Below are positions 1 through 8,053 of a stretch of DNA of 64,000 nucleotides, piece by piece. The notes beneath the pieces are model-generated. The model saw only the letters and a program-made list of their open reading frames with translations, ran no database searches and had not been told where the DNA came from. The position numbers were made by a program, and so were the translations under genes. The stretch's first letter is position 1. Each line of letters begins with the position of its first letter. This stretch comes from Candidatus Saccharimonadota bacterium (GTDB lineage: Bacteria; Patescibacteriota; Saccharimonadia; Saccharimonadales; UBA10212), in the NCBI GenBank assembly GCA_016187125.1, contig JACPKF010000001.1:302178-366177 (forward strand). Reading direction: 5' to 3'.

Positions 1-1404
1 AATGCCGCTACCAAAAACTTGGTTGATTTTGTTGGCGGTGTCGGGCATGAAAGGTACTAAAAGAGCCGCTATTTCTATGAGATTGGCCACAATCGTGGCC
101 AGTACCTCGCGCAGGTGAACTTCATCTTTTCCGCCAGCTGGCGGATTAGCTATTTCCCATGGCTTGGCCTCATCGATATATTGATTAAGTCCTTTGACCT
201 GTTCCCAGACTACATCTAGGGCCTTGTCAAACCGGCAGTTATCAATAGCCCGGCTGTAAGCGGCAACATCATGCTCCGGCGACGGAATATCACCGATCAA
301 ACCATTTTGATACTTAGCTATCATGGCGGCGCTGCGACTTATGGCATTGCCTAGCTGATCGGCCAGTTCATTGTTGTAGGCCGCTTCCATCATCTCCCAA
401 GTAAAATCGCCGTCACTATAACTGGGGATGTGCCTCAGGAAAAAATAGCGGAAGGCCTCAACACCGTACTTATCAACTATGTCCAGCGGGTCCACTACAT
501 TGCCTAGGGTTTTACTCATTTTTTTGCCGCCGCTGGTTACAAAGCCATGGACATAGAGCGCTTTTGGCAAAGCTAGTCCCAGTCCAAGTAGCATTCCTGG
601 CCAAACAGCCGCGTGAAAACGCAAAATATCCTTGCCGATGACCTGCATATCAGCCGGCCAATATTTTTTAAAGTCCGGATGCTCCGGATAACCGATTACG
701 CTAATGTAGTTCATCAGGGCTTCAAACCAGACGTACATAGTTTGGGTCGGGTCACCCGGTACCGCAATACCCCAACCTATCTTGTCTTTAGGGCGGCTGA
801 TGGAAATGTCTTGCAGGCCCTCGCCTATAACTGCCAGAATTTCGTTTTTTCTGGACTTTGGGATAATCCGATACTGATCTTTTTCAATCGCATCTTTGAT
901 TTTAATGGCATATTTACCGAGCGCGAAAAAATAATTTTCTTCCTGGATCTTTTCATATGGCCGATTATGCAGCGGGCAAATACCATTAGTTTCCTTTACG
1001 TAAGCTTCGGTTTTGAATTCTTCGCAGCCGACACAGTACATACCAACGTAAGCTTTTTTATAAATGTCCGCCGCTAGAGCTTTCCAGATCAGCTGGGCTC
1101 TTTGTTCGTGACCGGCGTCGGTGGTTCTGATAAAACGGTCGTTGCTAATTTCCAGTTTTTTAAGTCCTTCGCGGAACTTGGCGCTTATTTCATCGACAAA
1201 TTGTTTGGGCGGCAGGCCGGCTTTTGCTGCGGCTTCGGCAACTTTACCGCCGTGCTCGTCGGTTCCGGCACTAAAAAGTACATCATCGCCGAGCTGCCGG
1301 CGGTAACGAGCCAGCACATCGCCATATAAATGGAGCAAGGCATGGCCAAGATGCGGCTTATCATTGACATATGGAATAGCCGTAGCAATGTAGAATTTTC
1401 TCAT
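1..1404 (-). CDS. metG: methionyl-tRNA synthetase, C-terminal part cut by window edge
   Basis: Absent from the ORF track because it runs off the left edge. The minus frame from the ATG at 1404 reads MRKFYIATAIPYVNDKPHLGHALLH (class I HIGH motif). It also has a CVGCEEF...CPLH zinc knuckle and GGKKMSKTLG (KMSKS loop, about 505-535). The frame stays open to nt 1. Plus-strand ORFs 613..1077, 1102..1329 and 1121..1306 are antisense artefacts. Confidence 0.9.
   Translation of the reverse strand, partial: MRKFYIATAIPYVNDKPHLGHALLHLYGDVLARYRRQLGDDVLFSAGTDEHGGKVAEAAAKAGLPPKQFVDEISAKFREGLKKLEISNDRFIRTTDAGHEQRAQLIWKALAADIYKKAYVGMYCVGCEEFKTEAYVKETNGICPLHNRPYEKIQEENYFFALGKYAIKIKDAIEKDQYRIIPKSRKNEILAVIGEGLQDISISRPKDKIGWGIAVPGDPTQTMYVWFEALMNYISVIGYPEHPDFKKYWPADMQVIGKDILRFHAAVWPGMLLGLGLALPKALYVHGFVTSGGKKMSKTLGNVVDPLDIVDKYGVEAFRYFFLRHIPSYSDGDFTWEMMEAAYNNELADQLGNAISRSAAMIAKYQNGLIGDIPSPEHDVAAYSRAIDNCRFDKALDVVWEQVKGLNQYIDEAKPWEIANPPAGGKDEVHLREVLATIVANLIEIAALLVPFMPDTANKINQVFGSGI
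130..145. repeat. F3 palindrome TCCGCCAGCTGGCGGA (inside metG)
   Basis: Exact 16-mer, translated as NPPAGG on the minus strand. Confidence 0.9.
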
Positions 1405-1449
1405 CCGTCTAATTGTAACCTGTTAAAAACATAAAAAGAAGGCGCCGCT

Positions 1450-1908
1450 TTAAGTTGAGAAAAACTGGCCAACAACTCTTTCAAAGCCCGGCACAAGCTT
1501 GAGCTTGCCAATTTCCCCGGGAGTGAACCAATTGGCCTCCGATGCCTCGGAGTTGAGTTGGAACTTACCCGTTTTTATGCGCACTAAAACCGGCACCACT
1601 ATCCAGGTCTTTTTATAATCGGCCGCCTCTTGCAAAAAAACCGTGCCCTTTTTAATCTCCAGAATATCTGATTTGTTCAGTCCCAACTCCTCGGCCAATT
1701 CTTGAATAACTTTTTGGGCAATATCCAGATCATCGTCCAAAAAGCCAGATATACCATTCCAATAGCTAGGATAAAAACGCATTTTTGGACTGCGTTTTAC
1801 CAGTAGAATTTTATCGTCTTTGCTTACCACCGCATTAACAACCGGGCTGTAGCGAGCACTAGAGTAATCTACTTGGCCAGACTTCGGTGCAAATTTGGGC
1901 TCTGTCAT
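1450..1908 (-). CDS. NUDIX hydrolase
   Basis: 152 aa. Nudix-box-like segment SGFLDDDLDIAQKVIQELAEELGL (GX5EX7..ELXEEXG pattern). Confidence 0.75.
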   Translation of the reverse strand: MTEPKFAPKSGQVDYSSARYSPVVNAVVSKDDKILLVKRSPKMRFYPSYWNGISGFLDDDLDIAQKVIQELAEELGLNKSDILEIKKGTVFLQEAADYKKTWIVVPVLVRIKTGKFQLNSEASEANWFTPGEIGKLKLVPGFERVVGQFFST

Positions 1909-2039
1909 CTTTTATGGTCCTTCGACTTAAAATAATAAGCCCTCCGTCGCCAATCTCCTATACTAAAGTTTCGGAGATCAAGAAGGCTATGGAGGGCATT
2001 CTACTTCTCTAAATTCTACGAAGCTTTAGCGGAGTAGAA

Positions 2040-2115
2040 TGGTGGGATCGGAGGGATTTGAACCCCCGACTTCTTGCGTGTGATGCAAGCACTCTAGCCA
2101 CTGAGTTACGATCCC
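2040..2115 (-). tRNA. tRNA-Val (anticodon CAC), CCA encoded
   Basis: The reverse complement GGGATCGTAACTCAGTGGCTAGAGTGCTTGCATCACACGCAAGAAGTCGGGGGTTCAAATCCCTCCGATCCCACCA folds as a cloverleaf. The acceptor stem is GGGATCG/CGATCCC and the anticodon loop is ATCACAC. Confidence 0.9.
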
Positions 2116-2235
2116 TCGTCGAAATCGACGTATCGGCTTCCGTAAGTACAAGTTTATACTTACTTACAGCCTCAGGTCGCTTCCTCCTCTTCAATTTTGC
2201 AAAGATCTGCTAGAGCACGATTTTGTAAAATTGTG
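2116..2235 (-). promoter_or_regulatory. stable-RNA promoter/leader cassette (copy upstream of tRNA-Val)
   Basis: In gene orientation it reads AATTTTACAAAA-N-TTTGCAAAATTGAAGAGGAGG, then hairpin GTAAGTA/TACTTAC, then TTTCGACGA directly before the tRNA 5' end. The layout matches the five other copies. Confidence 0.6.
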
Positions 2236-2311
2236 AGCTGTAAAGGAATTATAGGTTAATCGCGAGTTTTACTCGAGAGGTTTACCTCGAGCTTGTCGCC
2301 ATTCGATAAAC

Positions 2312-2524
2312 TCATGGCGACCCCGAGCCGGTTGAATGGGTCGAGAGGTGCCATAGGCCACAGTAGCGGCATTTGTAAACTTTTAGCTTCGTGCCGCGCC
2401 GCCACCGTAAAACATTGGCCTCTGTTTGAGCTTCACTTTTCGTATCAAAAGCCATTTTATCAGCGCAGGGTAAAAGTTCTGGCGGAGTATTATCCATCAA
2501 TAAACTCCTGAGAATAACATTCAA
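2312..2524 (-). CDS. small hypothetical protein with C-terminal YKCRYCGLWHL motif (zinc-ribbon-like)
   Basis: 70-aa ORF from the track. The true start may be an internal Met (MDNTPP or MAFDTK). No family recognised. Confidence 0.35.
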   Translation of the reverse strand: MNVILRSLLMDNTPPELLPCADKMAFDTKSEAQTEANVLRWRRGTKLKVYKCRYCGLWHLSTHSTGSGSP

Positions 2525-2688
2525 AACACGCCGTTATATTTAATGGCCGCCCAAATTCCTAAAATCCCGCCGATGACTCCGCCCAAAATACTCCACGGCG
2601 AGAAAAGTCCTGCGCCAAACAACACCGGCACATATGAACCGACAAAACCGCCGATGGTCAAAAATAAATATATGTAGCCTTTGCTCAA
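2521..2688 (-). CDS. small glycine-zipper membrane protein (55 aa, TTG start)
   Basis: Not in the track. GGAGG lies 7 nt upstream of the TTG. Translation is (M)SKGYIYLFLTIGGFVGSYVPVLFGAGLFSPWSILGGVIGGILGIWAAIKYNGVF, two hydrophobic GxxxG-rich helices. It overlaps the stop of the upstream gene by 4 nt. Confidence 0.5.
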   Translation of the reverse strand: MSKGYIYLFLTIGGFVGSYVPVLFGAGLFSPWSILGGVIGGILGIWAAIKYNGVF

Positions 2689-3299
2689 ACTGATGCCTCC
2701 TTGGCTCTTTTTTTTAAAAAATAGCTAATAACCGGACTATAAAGCGTGATAGCCATAAGTATGCCTGGAATGTGCCCAAATATAGGCATTTTTTTTATTC
2801 TAATGCCGGGGACTATAGTAGGTCGGCTAAAAACTATATTGTCAAACTGTGCTCTGATGTCTAACATTTTATGTTTATCGGCACTTTGCAGCTTGGCCAC
2901 ATTGGCGTCGGACATTATCAGCGACTGCTTAAAGGCTGGGTTTTTAATGTAATAGGAGAGATTCACCCCACGCAGATTCCTAATTTTGCCACACACGTAA
3001 ACCACCCCCGCTATCTTGTCTTTCCTGATCATATAGGTGTTCAAGGCAGCGCTGGCTCCGGCGCTGACGCCAACTAAGGAAACTTGGTTACCACCCGCCG
3101 CCAATTTGTCTACCAGTGCCCCGATTCTTTCCAGCTTTGGCTCAAAAGCTTCGCCGTCGGCCCAACCAATGATGTGAAATTGGGCCCTAACCCCAAATAT
3201 CCGCCATAGTTTAATAATTTTGTCCTGGCCCCATGGTCGGTGGTCGCCAATCCCCGGAAGATAAATAACATGGTGTAGCCTGCTCACTGCTATGAGCAT
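2685..3299 (-). CDS. alpha/beta hydrolase fold protein
   Basis: 204 aa. Nucleophile elbow GVSAGAS (GxSxG) after a beta-strand; HHVIYLPGIGD near the N-terminus. Confidence 0.6.
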   Translation of the reverse strand: MLIAVSRLHHVIYLPGIGDHRPWGQDKIIKLWRIFGVRAQFHIIGWADGEAFEPKLERIGALVDKLAAGGNQVSLVGVSAGASAALNTYMIRKDKIAGVVYVCGKIRNLRGVNLSYYIKNPAFKQSLIMSDANVAKLQSADKHKMLDIRAQFDNIVFSRPTIVPGIRIKKMPIFGHIPGILMAITLYSPVISYFLKKRAKEASV

Positions 3300-3334
3300 A
3301 GCAAAGCTTACGAATGCAAACTATTCCAGTAGAG

Positions 3335-4153
3335 TTATGTTTTAGGTAGAACCCGGTTACCCAAAACCCGACCTTGAGTTTCTTGTTGTATTCTTTCTAC
3401 TTCACCCAAAAGACCAGTTTGTCTCACTCCTTCTGGATCCAACCGCCTAGCAACTAAGAATGATAAAAGTCCTTGCAAGCTAAGTACGTTAACAAGTTCT
3501 CGTGCGCTATCACCAAATTTTGGTTTAAGTACTTTCTCGGCAGTTTGTGCATTAATTTTTCCAGAGAAATTATATCTACTTGAGAAAGAATCCAATAAAC
3601 TCTGTGCGCTTGGCGTTACATTATCTTCTCCTCTGAGAGGATAAAGCCAGTGATTTGCTCGCCAAATATCGTCATGGGTCGTAGCACAAACATGCGGTGC
3701 CGATGTATCACGAATCACTACAGATAAATGCTTAGCAACTTCAGAATGAGCTAAGGCTCGAGAATATTGTCGCCTTCCATCGCTACCCGAGTATCCATAG
3801 TAATCTACATTATCAACGATAATTAAGCCTTGGTTTCCAACGGCTTCAGCGAAGTGGTTCAAAACACTGGTTGCATTTGAAGCACCAGCTCTGCTTCCAC
3901 CACTAATTTGAGCTTTTAGAGTTAAAGTTGGCATTTCTAAAGCATCATTTCTGGCCAACCTGGCAATATCCGATACAAGATGTGTTTTACCAGCACCAAC
4001 ACTAGCTTCAATCAAACAACTACCATTGGCAACAACTAGATCCATCACATTTTGGGCATCAACTGGGAAGAAACCTGGATGCTCATCCAAACCAGTCATC
4101 GGTGCAATGATGCAATAGCCATGCCCATTTCTCATATCTTCAAATGACTTCAT
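3335..4153 (-). CDS. orphan P-loop NTPase
   Basis: 272 aa. Walker A is EASVGAGKTH and Walker B-like is GLIIVDNVD. No further family recognised. Confidence 0.55.
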   Translation of the reverse strand: MKSFEDMRNGHGYCIIAPMTGLDEHPGFFPVDAQNVMDLVVANGSCLIEASVGAGKTHLVSDIARLARNDALEMPTLTLKAQISGGSRAGASNATSVLNHFAEAVGNQGLIIVDNVDYYGYSGSDGRRQYSRALAHSEVAKHLSVVIRDTSAPHVCATTHDDIWRANHWLYPLRGEDNVTPSAQSLLDSFSSRYNFSGKINAQTAEKVLKPKFGDSARELVNVLSLQGLLSFLVARRLDPEGVRQTGLLGEVERIQQETQGRVLGNRVLPKT

Positions 4154-4516
4154 AAAACCTCAAAAATAAAAACGGGACTGTTGTAGTCCGGTTCCTCTTA
4201 ATTGCAATTTGTACTTTTTGGCCAAGCGCGGAACTACAGCATTTTCTCGTCGAGGACAAGAATAATTCTGCTTAGTTCAAGCTTGCGCACCATGGCAACA
4301 ATACTACATCCTAGATAACAGCAATACAAGCTTAATTGGCAAGAAAAATAATTCCCAATACCAGAGCCAGCCCCAAAAGCCCGGTAACAATAATTCCCGA
4401 CCTACCCATAACAGTTCTACTATACACGCAAAAGGATCTTGCAAAAAGTTGCTCACCTCTGTTATACTATTCTCAGTACCTTGAGTTATTACAATCATTC
4501 CCTCTTTGCAGCTTAA

Positions 4517-4631
4517 CAATTTTGTGAAAACACGCATTGCAGGTTTTTACAAAATTGAGAGGAGAAGCATAGCGCTAAGTTGAAGCTTTTGCCCCATAGG
4601 CAAAACAAGACAGGCGCGTAGGCTTCGACGA
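4517..4631 (+). promoter_or_regulatory. stable-RNA promoter/leader cassette (copy upstream of tmRNA)
   Basis: CAATTTTGTGAAAA-N-TTTTTACAAAATTGAGAGGAGAAGCATAGCGCTAAG, then hairpin TTTTGCC-ccat-aGGCAAAA, then GGCGCGTAGGCTTCGACGA immediately before GGGGCTGA. Confidence 0.65.
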
Positions 4632-5227
4632 GGGGCTGAATTTAAGCTCGACGTTGGACTTTAACAACTAGTTTGCAGGTCGTGCGCACTGAACGTGGGA
4701 CCTACCACAGGGTGTTTTGTCAGGGCCGAAATTGAAACAATTTCGAGCGAAACAGGTTTTTTCGATTGAAGCGTAGCTAAGGCTTACGTTGAATGAGAAA
4801 AAACCGGTTGCAGCCGAAACTTGGACAATTTTTAGGCGACTAAATACCGTGTGGTAGGCCCCTAATCCGGTGCAAACCCAACAAATGCAATAGCATTTAT
4901 TTCGGGATTCGGTCTTTTGGCCGCGTTCCGAGCGCGAATTTTGGGCCTTTTCGAAGGTTTTAAATTCGCACCAGCTTACGCCTGAGGGCCTAAGCCACGC
5001 TTACCACGACATCAGATAGTGGCTGCGGCGTGTCATATTATCTGGTTGCGCAGGTTTTTCTTTCCATAAAATCTGTTAAGTTTTAGGAATAGGAGACGCG
5101 ACTTTTTGGCCATTTACCGGCCGTGTTTCCGAACTAGGACGTAAGTCCTATCCTAAATGGCCTAAACCTGTAGACGACTAGTTGAATAATCCGACGGACG
5201 TGGGTGTGATACCCACCAGCTCCACCA
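4632..5227 (+). ncRNA. ssrA: tmRNA (ssrA), unusually long (~596 nt)
   Basis: The 5' end GGGGCTGAATTTAAGCTCGACG and the 3' end GGACGTGGGTGTGATACCCACCAGCTCCACCA form the tRNA-Ala-like acceptor/T-arm. An internal open frame (4866..4982) ends ...GFKFAPAYA followed by TGA at 4983-4985, which is a plausible tag. The resume codon could not be fixed. Confidence 0.85.
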
Positions 5228-5468
5228 CGTAAAATTGCCATCTGTAAAACTTCGCTTTGCTCGTTTTAACATAGGGCAATCACGTGGCGCAGCCCTTTGC
5301 GCATGGCAATTTTACGTGGGACGTGGTCGCTTTAGCGACTTTACGTCCCAAGATCTCGTGGCAAGGCCATGAGATGAATGTTGATGAAGATTTTGAGTGC
5401 CCCGTGGCAAACGAAGTGAGTTTTACGGGGCTTTTTCGCAATTTCCTACATGGCGCAGCCTTTTGCCC

Positions 5469-5726
5469 ATGCACTATGTTTACGTGCTTCAATCAGAACT
5501 AACAGCGGGCTTTTATATAGGATACTCTCTCGACCCGGAACAAAGACTGGTTGGTCATAATTCGGGCAAAAATATATCGACAAAAGCGGGGTGTCCGTGG
5601 AGATTAATATATTTTGAAGCTTATACGGATAAACGTGATGCTCTTAGCCGCGAGAAATTTTTGAAAAGCGGAAGTGGCAGAATTTATCTGCATAAACAAC
5701 TTCGGCATTTTCTGGACACTCCCTAA
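5469..5726 (+). CDS. GIY-YIG domain nuclease family protein (short, stand-alone)
   Basis: Starting at the internal Met: MHYVYVLQSELTAGFYIGYSLDPEQRLVGHNSG...PWRLIYFEAY...ALSREKFLKSGSG. This matches the small GIY-YIG family pattern. Confidence 0.75.
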   Translation: MHYVYVLQSELTAGFYIGYSLDPEQRLVGHNSGKNISTKAGCPWRLIYFEAYTDKRDALSREKFLKSGSGRIYLHKQLRHFLDTP

Positions 5727-5816
5727 CTGGTACTTATTTGATTGATTTTAAGAAGTAAGGTAGGCTAACTCGCGGGGTCGGTCTTAATCTTATCAACTTT
5801 AGCCTTGAAGTCTGCT

Positions 5817-6476
5817 TTAAGACTTACTAGGCAGAAGCTTAGTGGGAAAGCCGCCAAATGTTCGAATGTCTGGATAAACCTGCGTCATCCATACCTTATT
5901 CGGAGTTTTGTTTAGAAGCCAAACAACCTTAAAGGAGTCTGTTGGTACTATTATTTTCTCGGCGATAGGGGCGACATCCGTTTCCATTGAGATTTTATCT
6001 ATCTCTTCCCTTTTCAAATATGGGCCGATTTCAGGGATTACTATCAAACCAGTTTCACCAGTTTTAAACTTCTTGCAAATTGCGTTTATTTCGTCAGCCA
6101 ATTTAGAAGTAAAATCTGACCGAAACTCGCGGCCAACTCTCTTAATTTGAAAAGCGTGACCGGTATTTCTGTACTCGTTTAGTGGTCCAGGGACAATGGC
6201 GAAGTCTACGATGGTGTCCTTTTTAAGATAGTGTCTAAGAACTTTTTGTATATGATCCAAATTCTTCCCATCGAAGTTCGGCATAAGTCGCTTTAGCTCA
6301 TCTTTAAGTTGAAAACTTACAAAATAAGGTTTGTTGTACTTGTGCTTATAAATTCTGCAAGCCCAAACACTCACAGCCAGCTCTAGGTTTTCGCTTGACT
6401 GTTTATGTTCTGCGAAATTAAGAAACTCAACTATCTGCTCTTCAGAGATGAAAAATGCTGCTGACGGTAATTCCAT
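5817..6476 (-). CDS. hypothetical protein (AT-rich accessory gene)
   Basis: 219-aa ORF with no recognised motifs. It appears visibly more AT-rich than the flanking core genes. Confidence 0.5.
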   Translation of the reverse strand: MELPSAAFFISEEQIVEFLNFAEHKQSSENLELAVSVWACRIYKHKYNKPYFVSFQLKDELKRLMPNFDGKNLDHIQKVLRHYLKKDTIVDFAIVPGPLNEYRNTGHAFQIKRVGREFRSDFTSKLADEINAICKKFKTGETGLIVIPEIGPYLKREEIDKISMETDVAPIAEKIIVPTDSFKVVWLLNKTPNKVWMTQVYPDIRTFGGFPTKLLPSKS

Positions 6477-6574
6477 GCTGAATAGTATCAGTAGATATTA
6501 GCTGGGACGCAATAGTCTCCAAGATGATTGGTTATTCTTAGCTCTAAGGCCAAGCCAACACCAATTAAAGAAAA

Positions 6575-6826
6575 CTAAGGGCGTTTTTTAAGCGTTAGTC
6601 TTAGATTGGCCATGTAATGATGCGGATCTAATGAGGGATGTAGTTTCAGGTAAGTTAGATGGAAGTCGACGAAGGAAATTTGATTACCGGGCCATTTTTC
6701 GGCGTTGCCTCGGTAAACCGGTTCAGTCAAGTAAACAGAACTAGCTTTCATAGAATTCAGTTCAGCTATTATCTCATCCTCACTGACACTATTTATAAAA
6801 CCGTCAACTTGGGGAGTTTTCTTCAC
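6575..6826 (-). CDS. hypothetical protein
   Basis: 83-aa ORF with no recognised family. Confidence 0.45.
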   Translation of the reverse strand: MKKTPQVDGFINSVSEDEIIAELNSMKASSVYLTEPVYRGNAEKWPGNQISFVDFHLTYLKLHPSLDPHHYMANLRLTLKKRP

Positions 6827-6905
6827 TAAGTACCATTATCCTCTTATCACCGATCATATCCTAATTAGGTGAAACTCCTCCGGGAAGAGTATGATAAACA
6901 GCTAG

Positions 6906-6952
6906 CTCTCACATGTTTAGTTTTAGGTAACCTAAAACTAAACATGTGAGAG
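6906..6952. repeat. 47-nt near-perfect palindrome (23-nt arms, 1-nt centre)
   Basis: CTCTCACATGTTTAGTTTTAGGT a ACCTAAAACTAAACATGTGAGAG. It lies between the 7052 gene stop and the 6826 gene start, and a T-run follows on the plus strand (caggttttttt). Confidence 0.8.
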
Positions 6953-7051
6953 AATACAGGTTTTTTTGGCCCAGGGATACAAATATGGAAAAGCTGTGGT
7001 AAAAATTGCAGCTAGTATTTTTATAAATAAAAGAGATTTATTTCCGCTTAG

Positions 7052-8053
7052 CTACTTTAGAAATTTGTTTTTAAGGCGTTTAGACCGCGGTAAGTCTTTT
7101 TCGTCTTCGATCTCTTGGCCGATGATTTCTTCTAAAATATCTTCAATCGTAATAATACCAACGATTTTATCATCACGTTCTACCGGTGTTAAGTGGCTGT
7201 GTGAGTTAATAAACTTGCGAAAAGCCGTATCTAGTGCGGTCATGCTGCCGACAATTTTTACCGGTCTAATTGGCAATTCATCTACTCGGTAAGCTCTTTC
7301 ATCAAAATCTATATCTACCAGATCTTTTTGCAACAAAATCCCGTAGCACTCAGTCAGTTTTTTATCAAAAATCGGTATGCGGCTATGGCCGATGCTTTTA
7401 ATCTCGTCAATCTTGTCAGCGTCAATCATTGTGTATGGAGTCAGCCAATAGACTTGCCCTATAGGCATCATTACATCTCGGACTCGTTTCTCGCTGAGGC
7501 CGATGGCCCCTTGCATGATTTCTATTTCGTCTTCATCAAGCTCACTGCTCTTGTGACCGGAGTGTTCGGCAATAATAATACCTAGTTCTTGGCGACTAGC
7601 CAAAGATGTTTTTTCATCGCCCAGCATTTTATCCAGCAAGAGCTGCAGCGGTTTTGATACAGGATACGTAACAATAATCATCAATCTCAGGAGCGGTGCG
7701 AATAGTGCCGTGAAGGTTAAGGCATAGCGAGCAAAATACGCCTGAGGTACTATCTCGCCAAAAACCACAACTAAAAGTGTGGTTATTATGCCGGCCAGCA
7801 AGCCGTTAAGAGCGTGCTCCAAAAGCAACGAAGTTGTAGAAACAACTGCTACGCCGGTTAATAATATGCTGGCCAGGGCTAGATGCGTTTTTTTACGCAA
7901 CGGCAGCACTAGCTTAGCCCGGTGGTTGCCAAGTTTGACTTTTCTTTTTAGGTCGGCAAAATCAAGCGACAAAAGAGCTACATTTAGGCCCGAACAAATA
8001 CCAGCTAGGCCGATTAGGAAAAAAATCTCTAGTACATAAAGGCCGATACTCAT
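7052..8053 (-). CDS. CNNM/DUF21 transmembrane domain + CBS pair protein (CorB/TlyC-like)
   Basis: 333 aa. Four N-terminal TM helices with SGLNVALLSL, followed by a CBS-pair-like region (VRDVMMPIGQV...IPIFDK...VGIITIEDILEEI). Confidence 0.8.
   Translation of the reverse strand: MSIGLYVLEIFFLIGLAGICSGLNVALLSLDFADLKRKVKLGNHRAKLVLPLRKKTHLALASILLTGVAVVSTTSLLLEHALNGLLAGIITTLLVVVFGEIVPQAYFARYALTFTALFAPLLRLMIIVTYPVSKPLQLLLDKMLGDEKTSLASRQELGIIIAEHSGHKSSELDEDEIEIMQGAIGLSEKRVRDVMMPIGQVYWLTPYTMIDADKIDEIKSIGHSRIPIFDKKLTECYGILLQKDLVDIDFDERAYRVDELPIRPVKIVGSMTALDTAFRKFINSHSHLTPVERDDKIVGIITIEDILEEIIGQEIEDEKDLPRSKRLKNKFLK

Noticed and set aside
613-1329. Plus-strand track ORFs 613..1077, 1102..1329 and 1121..1306, and the minus-strand ORF 1185..1388
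   Set aside because: They lie antisense or out of frame within the strongly supported metG reading frame (HIGH and KMSKS motifs), which the track missed because it runs off the window edge.
4304-4537. 77-aa minus-strand ORF with a hydrophobic C-terminus upstream of the tmRNA promoter
   Set aside because: There is no convincing RBS spacing (GAGGGA directly abuts the internal ATG). It overlaps the stable-RNA promoter cassette. It cannot be supported without conservation data.
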